This document shows, one piece after another, positions 60,831-64,000 of a DNA stretch of 64,000 nucleotides. The position numbers and the translations under genes were made by a program. The first letter of the stretch is position 1, and the number at the start of each line of letters is the position of its first letter. Source of the DNA: the human T2T-CHM13v2.0 reference genome, Homo sapiens. The stretch lies in NCBI RefSeq assembly GCF_009914755.1, contig NC_060942.1. One strand, written 5' to 3'. The notes under the pieces are model-generated. The model was not told the origin of the DNA. It searched no databases and was given only the letters and a program-made list of their open reading frames with translations.

Positions 60831-63224
60831 GTAAGTTGTTTTCTTAAGTGACACAAGTGCAATAACTTTCCCTGAAAGTCTATAAAATACATCTTTAAAA
60901 TGACTTTTTTTCAAATACTTCTAAAGCAAATAATTGTCTTACTTCATTCTCTCAAATTTGCATTTTATTAGAGACATAATTTTGATTCAGGAATATGGAT
61001 TATAAGGGTATTGAGAAGAAATAGAAGCCATCATATATTTGCATTACTTCTATCTTAAATATAGTAAGATTTTTCTTTCATTCACATTTTGAATACTAGA
61101 CAATTATTAATTGTGTTTATGTATTAGTCTTTTTTCTAAGAATTACTTTTTATATTTTGTAAATTATAAAGTTGTTGCCAATTAATAATATTCAAATACA
61201 TTTTATTCATTCTATGCACTAAAATATTGATTTATTTTTGAAAATTAAAAAAGAGTAATAAATGTTTTCATTTTATCATTTCACACTTTTTAAAGCCAGT
61301 TTATACACACTGAACATTCCTTTAGCAGTTCCCCCACGTCTTTCTTGTGCAAACATTCAGTGTTTTAAAAACCAATCTAAAGAACTAGAAAACCAAATGC
61401 CCTCAGTTCCACTTATTTGACCAAAGGGGCTTTTAACTTAACCAAGAAAAAAGAAAAAAAAAATTCTCTAGGTAGAGGTGTGCTGTTTGTAAAAAACGTT
61501 TCATCTCACTCTCTTTTTAGTTCCCTTTTTTTCCCTAAGTGTATGTGTTATTTCTTTAGAACACTCAAGAAAATAAAGAGATTGTACAGACCATAATGTC
61601 TGTACAATGTCTCTAAAATGCTTTTCCAGTAGAAATGGGGAACTAAACTCCCTACCAACAGAATTTAGAAGTGAATCATATCAAAAAACGAACATTTCTG
61701 AGCAAATACAAGTGTCACTGTTTTTTCCTTCAATGACTGCTTCTTTAAAATTTTCCTCTTTATCTTACATATTTTTAATATTTATGTTATTATACAAGAA
61801 ATGGTATCTCCTGGTAATATAAAAAAGTGACCCCAGGTTTAGCATTATTTTCTTTCAATAAGCCTATTCTTAATTGTGATCTTGATGGCTTATCATGGAG
61901 AAGGAGGGACTTTTAGAATTAAAAAATGTAATAATGCAATTATCTTGGGCTTATAATGAAATGAACTGCTTTCCTTTTGTTTAAGCCTAGATTGATAAAA
62001 TTATGTAGAATTTTAGTAGGATACAGGTTTTCTAGGCCATTATAGATCCCTTCAAACTTATTAAAGTGAAAAAAGCCAGGGATATACCATTGTTATTCAT
62101 TTTTGCTGGGATTTTTCTCTACCGTTGAATCACTAGTTTAACCCTGACATTTTGGAATTTTATGAAGGACACTTTGAGATATGTGAAAGGGGTCACTCAA
62201 AAGTAATAGCATATGTTATAATCATTTAAAAAACAAACAGTAACTATTCACAAAGTCTAGAAAATTGCGAACAAGTCTCAGTCTAATACATCTTTCCATA
62301 ATACAGACACATTTTCCTTTCTATATTCTTCTCAGAGAGAATCCTTTCTTATCCCTTCACAAGACAGGACAAATGCACCACAATTTAACAACCAAAGGAA
62401 ACAGAAGTAGATGCAGGAGGCAGGAAAAAGTAAATAATTAGAGAAAAAATAATGAAGGAATATAGCGTGCTGCGGTGTTTCGTCATTTCTGAGTGATGTA
62501 GTTCATGTATTTCTTCATCTGCCCCCAAACTTTTTCTTTAGTTTGAGGGATGGTGAAGAGGAGTTATTACAAAAGTTAAACCAAAAATTTTAGAAGTTAT
62601 TTTTTTCTCTTTCACTTTTTTTTTTTTTCAGTTCAACTAATATTGTCTAGGCTCCCAGACCATTGTGGCCCAAATCAGTTCTACATACAACCCACACAAA
62701 TCATTCTTATCCTTTCTTATCCAGTTTTCTTACCCAGTTTTCTGAAACTCTCTCGGTAAAAATGCTAAGTAAATTCCAACATTAAGTTATGAAAATGATT
62801 TAGGCTTGTATTTGCCCATTTCAAGGCCAATCTATTCTATTTTTATTTCTTAGTATTTTACACATTATTGTAATTATGATATTGAATTACATTTACTAAT
62901 TGTATATCAATTATAATTACTTTAAATTTATTTTTATTTTTCAGTGTAGGATATTTCTCACTGCCAGAAATACAGGAATTAGAGATTCTTCTCTTGCTTT
63001 TCCTCATCATCTATTTCTGCTATCACAGTGATTATTAACTAATCATTCCCATCATACCTCTTAAGGCTCTATGAAACTCATCTTTTGTTTTCCATTACCT
63101 TAGCATATATTTTATTAAAAAATAAAAAGAAGTTGTGCTACAATGATGCCAAAATAACCCAATATTTAAATTTTTATTGGTTAGTTTGGTGTAACGTGTT
63201 CATTTCTTGCTTTGAATTTCACAG

Positions 63225-63412
63225 GGTCTTATCAATATAACGTCCCAGAGTCATTACCTGTAGCCTCAGTTGTGGCCAGAATTAAAGCTGCTGATGCAGA
63301 TATTGGAGCTAATGCTGAAATGGAGTACAAGATTGTGGATGGTGATGGTTTGGGCATTTTTAAGATTTCTGTTGACAAAGAAACCCAGGAAGGAATCATT
63401 ACTATACAGAAG
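63225..63412 (+). CDS. CDH7: Cadherin-7 coding exon: EC3 first part
   Basis: tttcacag|GG acceptor; RSYQYNVPESLPVASVVARIKAADADIGANAEMEYKIVDGDGLGIFKISVDKETQEGIITIQK; AAG|gtaatg donor; 188 nt, cumulative CDS 981 nt. Confidence 0.96.
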
Positions 63413-64000
63413 GTAATGTTTTCTTTATTTATCTTTTATCACAGATTACTGAGAAGTCCTTTCTGTTTGATGGGAGAATGTACTAGACAAACCGAATGGC
63501 CATATGGGACCATTACTATTTTAATTTTAGTAAGATAAGCTATGCATTTAATTTTTGGTGTCAGACTCTTAGGGAACCTTGAGTTACATTTGTAATAACA
63601 CCCATCAATTCTATTCTTTAAGAAACTCGCAGCCATTATCTATAGCACTATAAAAATAAAGCAAACTGGCAATGTGCTGTTTTAAAGACCTATTTGGAGA
63701 GATGAATATGTTTCTGCCTTGACTATTCCACTAATGAAACCCTAAATTCAACCAAAAGCCTGTGTATGCAAACAACAGATGCTATTATTTTCTCCATAAA
63801 TGAAAATAATATGATTTCAAGTGGAAACCAAAATGTTGAAAACTTGCTACATTACCAATTATTGCCATTTAAAATTTATAGTAATTGGAAGACTTGCATA
63901 TTTCGTACAAGAAAAGCATGAAAAGTTGTAAAACCTATCATACTTTCTACAGAGCGAGTGTGAAAGAGACAGAAAGTCAGTACAGCCCAAACTAAAGATT

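Noticed and set aside
63413-63538. ORF extension beyond the EC3 exon as an alternative C-terminus
   Set aside because: Cadherin similarity stops exactly at a good AAG|gtaatg donor; the read-through is intronic with no evidence of retention

Overview
Human (primate) genomic DNA, AT-rich and repeat-rich, covering the 5' coding half of CDH7, a type II classical cadherin, on the + strand. Five coding exons splice in frame (1051-1260, 47960-48254, 52741-52860, 60663-60830, 63225-63412; 981 nt, 327 codons). They encode the signal peptide, a short prodomain with an RTKR furin site, EC1, EC2 and part of EC3; the gene continues past both window ends. The rest is intron, including one of about 46.7 kb, filled with Alu, L1, L2, MIR, LTR and DNA-transposon relics plus microsatellites. 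I see no evidence of an undescribed multi-gene system. The best leads are a 5'-truncated L1 with L1HS-Ta 3' diagnostics but a diverged ORF2, a possible 27-nt 3' transduction and no TSD; a near-consensus AluYc1 with a perfect TSD; a sense MER41-family solo LTR carrying GAS, octamer, TATA and polyA motifs; several candidate cryptic splice features; and two candidate neural enhancers. Repeat subfamily calls come from remembered consensus sequences and need RepeatMasker confirmation.
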